Origin: an uncultured Actinomycetes bacterium
Lineage (GTDB): Bacteria > Actinomycetota > Actinomycetes > S36-B12 > CAIYMF01
Assembly: GCA_963700395.1 (NCBI GenBank)
Contig: CAVOXI010000008.1
Location: forward strand, 100,626 to 124,625
Length of the DNA stretch: 24,000 nucleotides
Direction: 5' to 3'
Within the stretch, counting starts at the first letter, position 1, and each line of letters opens with the position of its first letter. Below the pieces are notes generated by a model. That model saw only the letters and a program-made list of their open reading frames with translations. It was not told the DNA's origin and ran no database searches. The position numbers were made by a program, and so were the translations under genes. Of this stretch, positions 10,533 to 20,280 are shown piece after piece.

Positions 10533-11879
10533 TCAGCTGGGCAGGTCCTCCAGCATCTCGGTGACCAGTGCCGCGATCGGCGAGCGCTCGCTGCGGGTCA
10601 GCGTGACGTGGGCGAACAGGGGGTGCCCCTTGAGCTTCTCGACGACGGCGACCACGCCGTCGTGGCGACCGACGCGCAGGTTGTCGCGCTGGGCCACGTC
10701 ATGGGTCAGCACGACCCGCGAGTCCTTGCCGATGCGTGACAGGACCGTGAGCAGGACGTTGCGCTCCAGCGACTGCGCCTCGTCGACGATGACGAAGGCA
10801 TCGTGCAGCGAACGACCACGGATGTGGGTCAACGGCAGGACCTCGAGCATCCCGCGGTCGAGGACCTCGTCGACGACCTCGGACGTGGTGATCGCCCCGA
10901 GGGTGTCGAAGACCGCCTGCCCCCAGGGCGACATCTTCTCGTGCTCGCTGCCCGGCAGGTAGCCGAGCTCCTGGCCGCCGACGGCGAACAACGGCCGGAA
11001 GACCACGACCTTGCGGTGCTGCTGGCGCTCCAGGACCGCCTCCAGACCGGCGCACAGGGCCAGGGCGCTCTTGCCGGTGCCGGCCCGCCCGCCGAGGCTG
11101 ATGATCCCGATGTCGGGGTCGAGCAGCATGTCCAGGGCGATGCGCTGCTCCGCGGACCTGCCATGCAGGCCGAACGCCTCACGGTCGCCGCGGACCAGGC
11201 GCAGCCGCTTGTCCGGGGTCACCCGGGCAAGGGCCGAGCCCCGCTCGGAGACCAGGACGACACCGGTGTTGCAGGGCAGGTCACGCGCGAGGTCGAGGTC
11301 GATCCGCTCGTTGTCGTACAGCTCGTTGACGACCGTGGACCCGACCTCGATCTCCTCGATGCCGGTCCAGCCCGTGCTCATCACCAGCTCGGCGCGGTAC
11401 TCCTCGGCCTGCAGCCCCAGCGTGGAGGCCTTCACGCGCAGGGGCAGGTCCTTGCTGACCACCACGACATCGCGGCCCTCGGCGGCGAGGTTGCGCGCGA
11501 CAGCCAGGATCCGGGTGTCGTTGTCGCCGAGCTGCATCCCCATGGGCAGGCGCGACAGGTCGGAGTGGTTGAGCTCCACCCGCAACGTGCCACCCTCGTC
11601 GTTGAGGGGGATGGGCTCATCGAGACGACCGAAGTCGATCCGGAAGTCGTCGAGCATGCGCAGGGCCTCGCGGGCGAAGTAGCCGAGCTCGGGATGGGTG
11701 CGCTTGGCCTCCAGCTCGATGATCACGACCAGCGGGATGACGACCTCGTGCTCGTCGAAGCGGAAGACCGCCCTGGGGTCGGACAGCAGGACGGAGGTGT
11801 CGAGCACGTAGCAGCGACTCGCCTCCGCTCGAGCTCTGCCGGATCGGGGCTTCGTCGCAGTCGGCACGCGCGCCTCCAC
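10533..11879 (-). CDS. PhoH family protein with N-terminal PIN domain
   Basis: [38 protein letters not shown]...[10 protein letters not shown] (PIN), then [35 protein letters not shown]...[28 protein letters not shown]...[31 protein letters not shown]. Confidence 0.93.
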   Translation of the reverse strand: MEARVPTATKPRSGRARAEASRCYVLDTSVLLSDPRAVFRFDEHEVVIPLVVIIELEAKRTHPELGYFAREALRMLDDFRIDFGRLDEPIPLNDEGGTLRVELNHSDLSRLPMGMQLGDNDTRILAVARNLAAEGRDVVVVSKDLPLRVKASTLGLQAEEYRAELVMSTGWTGIEEIEVGSTVVNELYDNERIDLDLARDLPCNTGVVLVSERGSALARVTPDKRLRLVRGDREAFGLHGRSAEQRIALDMLLDPDIGIISLGGRAGTGKSALALCAGLEAVLERQQHRKVVVFRPLFAVGGQELGYLPGSEHEKMSPWGQAVFDTLGAITTSEVVDEVLDRGMLEVLPLTHIRGRSLHDAFVIVDEAQSLERNVLLTVLSRIGKDSRVVLTHDVAQRDNLRVGRHDGVVAVVEKLKGHPLFAHVTLTRSERSPIAALVTEMLEDLPS

Positions 11880-11987
11880 AGTCAGGTCGGGCGGCTCGGG
11901 GTGTGCCCGACTGCCACGAATCTAGGCCGCGAGCCTGCTCCGCCGGCGTCGCGACACGCCGCGCGCGGGGTGGTGATGGGCCACGCG

Positions 11988-12749
11988 TCAGGAGCCGTAG
12001 CGCCGCTCGCGGGCCGCGTAGTCGCGCAGGGCGCGCAGGAAGTCCACGCGCCTGAAGTCGGGCCAGTAGGCCTCGCAGAAGTAGAACTCGGAGTGGGCGC
12101 TCTGCCACAGCAGGAATCCCGAGAGCCGCTGCTCGCCGGAGGTCCGGATGACCAGGTCCGGGTCGGGCTGGCCCTTCGTGTAGAGGTGGGCCGCGATGTG
12201 CTCGACGTCCAGCGATGCGGCGAGCTCCTCCAGGGACGTCCCCGCGGCCGCCTCCTCCTGCAGCAGCGCGCGCACGGCGTCGACGAGCTCCTGCCGCCCG
12301 CCGTAGCCGACGGCGACGTTCACGGTCATCCCGTCGATGTCGCAGGACTTCAGCTCGGCAGTCTCGAGCACCTGCCGCGTCCGAGCCGGCAGCGGGTCCT
12401 TGGCACCCACGTGCCGGATGACCCACTTGCCCGACGCGGCCAGCTCCTCGATGGAGCCCTCGATGATCCGCAGCAGCGGGTCGAGCTCCTCCGTCGCGCG
12501 CGTCAGGTTGTCGGTGGACAGCAGCCACAGCGTCACGACCTCGACGCCGACCTCGTCACACCACTCGAGGAACTCCACGATGCGGGCGGCTCCGGCGCGG
12601 TGCCCGGCAGCACTGCTCGAACCCTGCTCGGTGGCCCAGCGCCGGTTCCCGTCGAGGATCACCCCCACATGCCGCGGGATGTCGCCCTGGTGGAGGTCGT
12701 TGGCCAGTCGACGTTCATAGAGACCGTAGACGAGGTCGTCCAGACCCAT
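11988..12749 (-). CDS. uppS: Isoprenyl transferase (short/long-chain cis-prenyl diphosphate synthase)
   Basis: PRHVGVILDGNRRWATEQG...GHRAGAARIVEFLEWCDEVGVEVVTLWLLSTDNLTR...VNVAVGYGGRQELVDAVR...PDPDLVIRTSGEQRLSGFLLWQSAHSEFYFCEAYWPDFRRVDFLRALRDYAARERRYG. Confidence 0.94.
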   Translation of the reverse strand: MGLDDLVYGLYERRLANDLHQGDIPRHVGVILDGNRRWATEQGSSSAAGHRAGAARIVEFLEWCDEVGVEVVTLWLLSTDNLTRATEELDPLLRIIEGSIEELAASGKWVIRHVGAKDPLPARTRQVLETAELKSCDIDGMTVNVAVGYGGRQELVDAVRALLQEEAAAGTSLEELAASLDVEHIAAHLYTKGQPDPDLVIRTSGEQRLSGFLLWQSAHSEFYFCEAYWPDFRRVDFLRALRDYAARERRYGS

Positions 12750-12786
12750 ACGTTCCTCCTGATGCGGACCTCATGCCCGATGGAGG

Positions 12787-13473
12787 CTATCGCACCGCCG
12801 TCATGACCAGTGTCGCCGCGACGAAGTGCGCGGTCCATCCCCCGAGCGTGAATGAGTGGAACACCTCATGGAAGCCGAACCACTTCGGTGACGGGTTCGG
12901 CCACTGGGTGGCGAACACCCCGGCGCCCAGCGTGTAGAAGATCCCTCCGAGGAGGATCAGGCCCAGGACCCAGGCGTGGCGGGCGTCGGACAGGATGTCC
13001 GAGCGCAGGAAGCTGGGAAGGAACATCGCCGACGCCCAGCCCAGCGCCAGGTACATCGGCACGAACAGCCACCGTGGGGCCCTGACCCACGCCAGTCGGA
13101 CGACCGCCCCACCGACCGCGCCGAGCCAGAGGACAGCCAGCAGCGATCGTGCGGGCCCGGGGCCGAGCAGGGCCACAGCGAACGGTGTGGCGCTGCCGGC
13201 GATGACCAGGAAGATGTTCGCGTGGTCCCATCGCTGCAGGAGGTTGGTCACCCGGGGGGAGAACCGGCCACGGTGGTACACGGCCGACACGGAGAAGAGC
13301 AGGATCGTGGTGAGTGCGAACAGGACCGTGGGGATGCGCAACTCCGAGGGCGCGAGGATGGCCAACAGCACCGCAGCCGTTCCGGCGATGGGGGCAGCCA
13401 CCATGTGCAGCCATCCGCGCAGGACCGGCTTGACGGACAGGTAGTGCTCCCGCAGGGAATCAGCGGGCGTCAT
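12787..13473 (-). CDS. Hemolysin III family / PAQR-type membrane protein
   Basis: Seven-TM-type protein with LLFSVSAVYHRGRFSPRVTNLLQRWDHANIFLVIAGSATPFAV...YTLGAGVFATQWPNPSPKWFGFHEVFHSFTLGGWTAHFVA. Confidence 0.92.
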   Translation of the reverse strand: MTPADSLREHYLSVKPVLRGWLHMVAAPIAGTAAVLLAILAPSELRIPTVLFALTTILLFSVSAVYHRGRFSPRVTNLLQRWDHANIFLVIAGSATPFAVALLGPGPARSLLAVLWLGAVGGAVVRLAWVRAPRWLFVPMYLALGWASAMFLPSFLRSDILSDARHAWVLGLILLGGIFYTLGAGVFATQWPNPSPKWFGFHEVFHSFTLGGWTAHFVAATLVMTAVR

Positions 13474-13517
13474 GCATGAAGTAGATCAGTGGGCGCCGTG
13501 ATCAGCAAGGCGCTCCG

Positions 13518-14318
13518 TCACGCCAGGTCGACGATCACCGGGGCGTGATCGCTCGGTGCGGGAGTGCCCTTGATCCCGGGCTTGCGTGCATCCCGGTCCA
13601 CGACCGCCGAGGTGACGGCAGCGGCGAACGCCGCGTTCGCCAGGACCAGGTCGATCCGCATCCCCATGGCCTTGTGGAACGACCCGGCCCGGTAGTCCCA
13701 GAACGTGTAGGGATGTGGCCCCTTGCTGATGGTGGGCATGACGTCTGTGAGGCTCAGGGCCAGGAGGTCGGCCAGGGCAGCCCGCTCGGGCGCCGACACG
13801 TGGGTGCTCTGGGCGAACGCCGCGATGTCCCAGACGTCGTCGTCTGCCGGGGCGATGTTGAAGTCCCCGAGGACGGCGAATGGTGCCGCCGCAGCCGCGA
13901 CCGGGCCCAGGTGCCCGGCAAGGGCCGCCAGCCACGACAGCTTGTACGAGTAATGGGGGTCGTCGGGGGTGCGCCCGTTCGGCACGTACACCCCCGCGAC
14001 GCGGACCCCGCCACAGGTCGCGGCGATGTAGCGCGCCTCCGGGGCGTCGGTTGGGTCGGGGAATCCGGGCACCCCGGGGATGTCGGTCTCCAGGTCGGAG
14101 ATGCCGACCCGCGAGAGCAGCGCCACCCCGTTCCAGCGCCCCTGGCCCCTGTGCACCGACTCGTAGCCGGCGTCCGCGATCTCCGAGGTGGGGAACGCCT
14201 CCTGGGCGATCTTGGTCTCCTGGAGCACGACCACGTCAGGCTCGGTCGCCTCCAGCCACGACAGCAGCCGTGGGAGCCGCGCGGGAAGGGAGTTCACGTT
14301 CCAGGTGGCGATGCGCAC
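13518..14318 (-). CDS. xth: Exodeoxyribonuclease III
   Basis: VRIATWNVNSLPARLPRLLSWLEATEPDVVVLQETKIAQEAFP...GRWNGVALLSR...VAGVYVPNGRTPDDPHYSYKLSWL...VLGDFNIAP...FWDYRAGSFHKAMGMRIDLVLANAAF...PSDHAPVIVDL. ORF opens at 14405, but the GTG at 14318 is the likely start. Confidence 0.93.
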   Translation of the reverse strand: MRIATWNVNSLPARLPRLLSWLEATEPDVVVLQETKIAQEAFPTSEIADAGYESVHRGQGRWNGVALLSRVGISDLETDIPGVPGFPDPTDAPEARYIAATCGGVRVAGVYVPNGRTPDDPHYSYKLSWLAALAGHLGPVAAAAAPFAVLGDFNIAPADDDVWDIAAFAQSTHVSAPERAALADLLALSLTDVMPTISKGPHPYTFWDYRAGSFHKAMGMRIDLVLANAAFAAAVTSAVVDRDARKPGIKGTPAPSDHAPVIVDLA

Positions 14319-14491
14319 GCCGTGATTCTGGCACCTGGTCGGCTCCGCGGGGACCGCGCGGGCCAGCGATCCCGCGGGCATCGACACACGGTGACTCGCG
14401 GTCACTTTGCGTCCTCATCGAGCCGGACGAAATCACCGCGAAACGCCGGGGCAATGCCGTCGTGGCCCCACGCGAATGGCAGGATCCCCCC

Positions 14492-15866
14492 ATGTCCGTG
14501 ACCGCCGCCCTCGGGGACGTGCGCCGGATCGCGCATGGGCCGACGCGGACGCTGTTCATCGGGCTGCTCGTGAAGTCCGTCGGGAGCGGCCTGACGCTCT
14601 CGCCTGCTCATCGTGTACCTCGTGAGGGTTCGCGACCTCCCGCGTCATGGTCGCCACCGGGCTGCTCGCGTGGCAGGCGCTGCTCGACCCTCGCGGTGTC
14701 GCCCATCGTCGGCACGCTGGTCGACCGGCGCGGACCACGACCTGTCCTGCTCGTGGCGCTGCTGATCGAGGCCGTCAGCCTGATCACGTTCGGGCAGGTG
14801 ACGACCTGGCAGCAGGCCTTCGTCGTGATGTCCGCGGTGGCGGTGGGTGGGGCCGGGATCTGGGGCCCCACCGATGCGCTCCTGGCCCGCCTCGTGCCCT
14901 CGCAGGACCGGTCCACGGCCTTCGGCTTCCAGTTCATGCTGCTGAACATCGGCCTCGGCCTCGGGGGACTGATCAGCGCGACGATCGTCGACGACGACGC
15001 GGCCGGTCACCTTCGAGTGGCTGTACACCCTGACCGGGCTGTCGTTCCTCGCCTTGTTCGTCGCCGTCCTGGTCATGGGCGACGTCGGCGGGCCGCCCGC
15101 CGCCGAGCCCCCTGCGCACGCCGAGCCCGACGAGGGCGCAGCCGGACCACCGGGCGCGCGGCCCGAGGAGTCCGACGGCTGGGCCGCCGTCCTGCGCGAC
15201 CGGAACCTGCTGCGCTACGGGGCTGTCGGGCTGCTGCTGCTCACCTTCGGGTACGGCTGCGTGGAGTCCGGCGTCGGGCTGTTCATCACGGACTTCGTGG
15301 GCCTGCCCAACGAGCCGCATCGGCCTCGTCTTCGCCGCGAACACGGCCGTCATCGTCGTCATGCAGCTGTTCATGATCTCGTTCGTGAACGGTCGCTCGC
15401 GGGCCCAGATGCTGGCCGGCGTGGGCTTGCTGTGGGCCCTGACCTGGGCCCTCTTCAGCTCCGCGCTGACAGCTCAGCGGCTGGGCTGCGGTCGGGGTCC
15501 TCATCCTGGCCATGTCGATCTTCGCCGTCGGCGAGACCCTGTGGTCACCGGTCGCGCCCGGCCCTGTCTCAACGAGTTGGCTCCCGAGCACCTGCGCGGC
15601 CGGTACAACGCCTTCCAGTCACTGCTGTGGGGGGTCTCCGGGGCGCTCGGCCCGCTGGTCACCGGTGCGTTCCTGTCCGCCGACCTCGGCGGGGCCTGGG
15701 CCGCTGACCCTGGCCATCGGATGCCTGGTCGCCGCGTTCGTCGCCCTGCGGATGCGCGCCCACCTGACGCCGGGGCAGGACGGGCATGGGGGCTCAGGAG
15801 GGATCGACCCCGACGGCGACCCCGACCCCGGGCCGGGACCCGTCGTACTCGATGGACGCCCGCTGA
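14492..15866 (+). pseudogene. MFS transporter, interrupted by multiple frameshifts (3' end uncertain)
   Basis: MFS segments alternate between frames: MSVTAALGDVRRIAHGPTRTLFIGLLVKSVGSGLTLS / MVATGLLAWQALL / SPIVGTLVDRRGPRPVLLVALLIEAVSLITFGQ.. / LLRYGAVGLLLLTFGYGCVESGVGLFITDFVGLPNE / MQLFMISFVNGRSRAQMLAGVGLLWALTWALFSSALTAQRLG / MSIFAVGETLWSPVAP / NELAPEHLRGRYNAFQSLLWGVSGALGPLVTGAFLSADLGGAWA / LTLAIGCLVAAFVALRMRAHL. Confidence 0.75.
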
Positions 15867-16620
15867 GCCGGGCCCGGGCACTCGCCGAGCGCAGCCCGGC
15901 GCCGGCTCAGGCCTCGGGGAGCTGCGGGCGGTCGGTTCCGCCCACCGACCTGCCGGCGCGGCTTGCGCTTGACCTCGACCCCACCGAACAGGGCCGCGCC
16001 CTTGATCCGCAGCACCGGGGCACCGGGCAGGCCCGGCCCCTCCGCCGGTCTGGTCGAAGCCACCGAAGATGCCCATCCCGTCGACGTGGACGGTGAGCCC
16101 CTCCGGCACGGTGATCTCGATGCCGCCCATCACGGCCACGGCGATGATCTCGGACTCGGCCTGGGCGAACGTGGAGCGGGTGAGGTCCAGCTCGATCCCC
16201 CCGAACATCGCGAAGGCGGTCAGCTGGGCCGGCATGACCCACTCACCCTTGCGGGTTGCACCGCCGAAGATCGCGACCACCGACGACGAGGACGAGTCGG
16301 CGCCCGCAGGCGGGTGCCAGCCCGACGACGGCGCCGGGGAGGACTGGGGCGGGACGGCGAGGGCCATCCCGGTCAACGGGGCCAAGGCGGCTGCGACGGT
16401 GGACGGGGGAAGCCCGTCGAGCACGGGGACGAGGTCGGCCGCCGTGCGAGCGCCCGAGGGCTGCGGACAGCCGGTCCTCGTACTCGTCGCGGGTCAACCG
16501 GCCCTCGGCATAGGCGTCGCCGATGACGTCGGCCATCCGGGCGCGGTCGGCGTCGGAGACCAGGACGCGGCCCGCCACCCCGAGCGGGCCGTCCGCAGGG
16601 TCGGGAGGGATCGGGGACAT
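15794..16620 (-). pseudogene. DUF1707 (SHOCT-like) plus LiaF-like C-terminal domain protein, with at least two frame breaks; 3' end uncertain
   Basis: MSPIPPDPADGPLGVAGRVLVSDADRARMADVIGDAYAEGRLTRDEYEDRLSAA (one frame), then AADLVPVLDGLPP...SVVAIFGGATRKGEWVMPAQLTAFAMFGGIELDLTRSTFAQAESEIIAVAVMGGIEITVPEGLTVHVDGMGIFGGFDQ (second frame), then GLPGAPVLRIKGAALFGGVEVKRKPRR (third). Confidence 0.7.
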
Positions 16621-16622
16621 GC

Positions 16623-16976
16623 TCACGGCGCCGGCACCTCGGCCTGCAGCTGGTGGGTGATCCGGCGCTCGAACACGAAGGACATGAACGGGATCGTGCC
16701 GGCCAGGGCCACGAGCACGGTGCGCCCGGGGGTCCAGCGCGCGCGGATGGCCACATCGAGCACCGTCACGAGGTAGACCATGTACAGGAATCCGTGCAGC
16801 TGCCACCCGATCGCGTACCAGAGCGAGTCCTCGTGGCCGAGGAGGTACTTCCAGGGCAGCCCGACCACGGTCATGAACGCCAGCACGGTGCCGGTGACCC
16901 AGGCCATGACCTGGAACCGCTTGTACGCGCCCGACCGCAGGATCGTCGCGGGTGCGGGGGCGGCGTGCGTGCTCAT
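16623..16976 (-). CDS. DUF3817 domain-containing membrane protein
   Basis: 117 aa MSTHAAPAPATILRSGAYKRFQVMAWVTGTVLAFMTVVGLPWKYLLGHEDSLWYAIGWQLHGFLYMVYLVTVLDVAIRARWTPGRTVLVALAGTIPFMSFVFERR. Overlaps the SURF1 stop by 4 bp (ATGA). Confidence 0.9.
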   Translation of the reverse strand: MSTHAAPAPATILRSGAYKRFQVMAWVTGTVLAFMTVVGLPWKYLLGHEDSLWYAIGWQLHGFLYMVYLVTVLDVAIRARWTPGRTVLVALAGTIPFMSFVFERRITHQLQAEVPAP

Positions 16977-17737
16977 CGGGGGATCTCCTGCTCGACGGGT
17001 CGGGCCTGGTGGTCGCGCCGGAAGCGGTTCCAGAAGAAGACCACGAACCCGGCGAACGCGACCCACTGGATCGCGTAGGCCGCATTGCGCCAGTTCAGGC
17101 CCACCTCGGCTCCGGGCAATTCTGTCACCTGCAACGGGGCCGGCTGGCCCACGCCTGCCGGCTGCAGCTCGCTCAGCGCGTACCACCCCGAGCGCACGGC
17201 GTAGCCCGCATGGGCCGACAGGGCGCCTGTGTCGACCGTGGTCAGCGTCGGGGGGTCCCCGGGGCTGACGGCGGCATCCGGCTTCCGGGAGTCGGCCACC
17301 AGGACGCCGACGACCTCGACGGTCCCCTGTGGCGGTGGCACCGGGCGCTGACCGGCAGGCACCCAGCCGCGCACGACGGCGACCGCGGTGTCCGCCGGGT
17401 TCGCGCCGACCGTGCCGCCCGCCCCGTCCGCCGGCGCCGGCTGCATCGGGGTGAGCACCCATGCTCCCTGTTGCCCGTCGCGCTTCCGTGGCTCGACGAG
17501 CACCTCGTTCTCCGCGTCGAACTGGCCCGTGATGCCCACCCGCATGCCGCTGAAGGCCGTGGCCGGGTCGAGGTCGGCCAGCGCCACCACGGGCCCCTCG
17601 GGGACGGCGTCAGCCTCGGAGCGGTTCGCGCGGTCCCACTGCCAGCGGGCGGCTACGACGCACACCAGCACGGCCAGGACGGTCAGGACGTGGAAGCCCC
17701 ATCGTCGTGGATCGGACCAGGATCGACCCGAGGACAT
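16973..17737 (-). CDS. SURF1 family protein (cytochrome oxidase biogenesis)
   Basis: Two TM helices flanking a SURF1 core: WGFHVLTVLAVLVCVVAARWQWDRANR...VGITGQFDAENEVLVEPR...GAWVLTPMQP...AVVRGWVPAG...LQVTELPGAEVGLNWRNAAYAIQWVAFAGFVVFFWNRFRRD. Start taken as ATG at 17737. Confidence 0.9.
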   Translation of the reverse strand: MSSGRSWSDPRRWGFHVLTVLAVLVCVVAARWQWDRANRSEADAVPEGPVVALADLDPATAFSGMRVGITGQFDAENEVLVEPRKRDGQQGAWVLTPMQPAPADGAGGTVGANPADTAVAVVRGWVPAGQRPVPPPQGTVEVVGVLVADSRKPDAAVSPGDPPTLTTVDTGALSAHAGYAVRSGWYALSELQPAGVGQPAPLQVTELPGAEVGLNWRNAAYAIQWVAFAGFVVFFWNRFRRDHQARPVEQEIPR

Positions 17738-17963
17738 CAGCGAGCGTCGCCCCCGCCCCTGCCGGGATCGCGCGGCGCCCTGCCTGCGGTGGGTTCGCAG
17801 GGCCGAGGTTGGCCTGTGCACGGCGCAGGTGACGCACGAACGACCAGAGCAGGAGGAGCGTGGCGGCCAGGAGGAACACGAAGAGGACGGCGGCCAGCGG
17901 ACTGGGCCGGACCGTCGGGCCATCCTCCGCGGCCGCGACCAACGCAGCAAGGACACCGTGCAT
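17610..17963 (-). CDS. Small membrane protein upstream of SURF1; N-terminal ~60 aa plausible, C-terminal overlap with SURF1 doubtful
   Basis: MHGVLAALVAAAEDGPTVRPSPLAAVLFVFLLAATLLLLWSFVRHLRRAQANLG contains one clear TM helix; the remainder overlaps the SURF1 N-terminus by about 128 nt. Confidence 0.4.
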   Translation of the reverse strand: MHGVLAALVAAAEDGPTVRPSPLAAVLFVFLLAATLLLLWSFVRHLRRAQANLGPANPPQAGRRAIPAGAGATLADVLGSILVRSTTMGLPRPDRPGRAGVRRSRPLAVGPREPLRG

Positions 17964-18015
17964 GGCAACCTCCCAGGACCGCGGATGTGCGGAGCGGTAC
18001 TAGTGTCGCAGCATC

Positions 18016-18511
18016 ATGTCGCCCACACGAACGGCCGGTCAGCCCCTCGCAGTGGCCCCCGCACATCCGGGAGCGCTACGGGGTCACCGACCGCCCTGGC
18101 TGGGTGCCCGGCGCCCTGATCGGCCTCGGCCTGGCCTTCTTCGCCCTGATCATGTTCCTCGGGCTGCGGCTGTCGAACCCGGCGATCGACGCGGGGGTCC
18201 TGTCGTACGCGACGGTGTCCGACGAGCAGATGACGATCGGCTACGAGGTCCAGCGCCGCGACACCGCCCCGGCCACGTGCGTCCTGCGGGCACGTGCCAA
18301 GGACGGCTTCGACGTGGGCTACGCCATCGTCGAGCTCCCGCCGGCGCAGGGACGGACCAACCACACGTTCGAGATGCGCACCGCCTACCGGGCGTTCGTC
18401 GGTGAGCTCGTCGGGTGCGGCCTGGACGCCCCGCCCCCGGATATCCCCGGTGCGCAGTTCCGGCCGGGTGTGGTGGCGCCGGTCCAGCCGTGGACCGCTG
18501 CTGGATCCTGA
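18016..18511 (+). CDS. DUF4307 domain-containing protein (start uncertain; frame break near 18040-18060)
   Basis: Frame ending at 18511 encodes ..SQWPPHIRERYGVTDRPGWVPGALIGLGLAFFALIMFLGLRLSNPAIDAGVLSYATVSDEQMTIGYEVQRRDTAPATCVLRARAKDGFDVGYAIVELP...YRAFVGELVGCG. The only nearby ATG (18016) is in a different frame. Confidence 0.75.
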
Positions 18512-18568
18512 TCCCCGTAGCCCGGTGCTACCCTCGATGACTCACTGATCCCTGCCCAGGAGCCTCAC

Positions 18569-19063
18569 GTGTCCGAGAGCCCCCCGACCACCTGGTTGAC
18601 CCAGGAGGCCCACGACCGACTCGCCGCCGAGCTCGAGGAGCGCCAGACCGCGCGCCGCACCGAGATCACCAAGCGGATCGCCGCCGCGCGCGAGGAGGGC
18701 GACCTCAAGGAGAACGGCGGCTACCACGCCGCCAAGGACGAGCAGGGCAAGAACGAGGCCCGGATCCGCCAGCTGCGCCAGATGCTCGACAACGCCCAGA
18801 TCGGCTCCCCGCCGTCGGAGGAGGGCCAGGCCGCGCACGGGATGGTCGTCAGCGTCGAGCTGGTCGCCAGCGGGCGCACGATGACCTTCCTCCTGGGGTC
18901 CCGTGAGGAGGCAGCGCACGCCAGCGTCGATGTCATCTCCCCGTCGTCGCCGATGGGCTCTGCCGTGGACGGCGCGAGGGTCGGTGACGAGGTCACCTAC
19001 ACGACGCCCGCGGGCAAGGAGCTGACTGCCCGGATCACCAGCGTGGACCCGTACACCGGCTGA
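18569..19063 (+). CDS. greA: Transcription elongation factor GreA
   Basis: 164 aa: WLTQEAHDRLAAELEERQTARRTEITKRIAAAREEGDLKENGGYHAAKDEQGKNEARIRQLRQML...ARVGDEVTYTTPAGKELTARI. Confidence 0.94.
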   Translation: MSESPPTTWLTQEAHDRLAAELEERQTARRTEITKRIAAAREEGDLKENGGYHAAKDEQGKNEARIRQLRQMLDNAQIGSPPSEEGQAAHGMVVSVELVASGRTMTFLLGSREEAAHASVDVISPSSPMGSAVDGARVGDEVTYTTPAGKELTARITSVDPYTG

Positions 19064-19064
19064 G

Positions 19065-20274
19065 CTATCCCTCCAGGCGGACCCGGAACCCGCTGGCCTG
19101 GAGTGCGGCGGCCACCTGCTCGCAGTGCTCGGCGACCGCGGGTCTCCAGGTGCAGCGAGACGTCGACCTCGCCGACGGAGAGCCCGGCTGTCGTGCGCAG
19201 GTGCTCCACCGAGATGACGTTCGCCGCGAGGGCAGCCACCTCGGCCAGCAGCGGGGCCAAGCCACCGGGACGATCGGAGATGCGCACCCGCAGCTGGAGG
19301 TAGCGCCCTGCCGCGACGAGGCCGTGCTCCAGCACCCGCGCCAGCAGCAACGGGTCGACGTTGCCCCCGGACAGGACGACGACGACGGGCGGCTCGATCC
19401 CCGTGGCGTCCTCGAGCAGGGCTGCCACCCCGGCCGCCCCGGCGGGCTCCACGAGCATCTTCGAGCGTTCGAGCACGAGCAGCAGCCCGCGGGAGAGCGA
19501 GTCCTCCGACACCGTGCGGATCTCCACGTGCCGTTCGGCGATGATCCCCAGGGGGACGACGCCGGGGCGCCCGACGGCGATCCCGTCGGCCATCGTGCTC
19601 ATCCGCTGGAGCGCGACCGGATGGCCGGCGGCGAGGGACGCCGGGTACGCCGCCGCCTGGGCTGCCTGCACCCCGATGACCCGTACGTGCGGGGCCAGCT
19701 CGCCCATCACGGTGGCGATGCCGGCCACGAGCCCGCCACCTCCGGTGCACACCAGCACGGTGCGCACGTCGGGGACCTGGTCGAGGATCTCCAGCCCGAT
19801 CGTCCCCTGGCCCACGACGATGTCCTCGTGGTCGAAGGGGTGGATCAGGACCGCGCCCGTGCGCTCGGAGAACTCCGTCGCAGCCACGAGCGCATCGTCG
19901 ATGGTGGAACCCACGGTGACGATCTCCGCCCCGTAGGCGCGGGTGGCGGCCAGCTTGGGAAGCGGCGCCCCGACCGGCATGAACACGGTCGTTCGGATGC
20001 CCAGCCCGCGGGCGGCCTTGGCCACGCCCTGCGCGTGGTTGCCGGCACTGGCTGCCACGACGCCGAGCGCTCGCTGGTCAGGGGTGAGCCGAGAGAGCCG
20101 GACGTGCGCGCCACGCACCTTGAACGACCCGGCCACCTGCAGGTTCTCGCACTTGAGCCACACCGGTCCACCGACGCGACCTGCGAGGTAGGTCGCAGGT
20201 GCGACCGGGGTCACGCGGGCGACCCCGACCAGCAGGTCTCGGGCCTCTCGGATGGCCTGAACTGTCACGGGCAT
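19065..20274 (-). CDS. ilvA: Threonine ammonia-lyase (PLP-dependent, C-terminal ACT domain), with one frame break near 19130-19150
   Basis: VWLKCENLQVAGSFKVRGA (PLP lysine motif), VVAASAGNHAQGVAKAA, CTGGGGLVAGIA, ACT-domain RVRISDRPGGLAPLLAEVAALAANVISVEHLR...VGEVDVSLHLETRG. The natural C-terminus EHCEQVAAALQASGFRVRLEG* (stop 19065-19067) lies in another frame. Confidence 0.92.
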
Positions 20275-20280
20275 GGGTTC

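Noticed and set aside
10803-12806. 667-aa plus-strand ORF
   Set aside because: Entirely antisense to PhoH-like and isoprenyl transferase genes with strong homology; composition (Gln/Gly/His/Arg rich, low complexity) is typical of a high-GC shadow ORF.
13880-15376. 498-aa plus-strand ORF starting antisense to xth
   Set aside because: Only the MFS-like part from 14492 is meaningful; upstream portion is antisense to exonuclease III.
14492-15866. Programmed ribosomal frameshifting or overlapping-gene coding
   Set aside because: Too many switches in both directions, with no slippery sequences recognised; error or decay is more economical.
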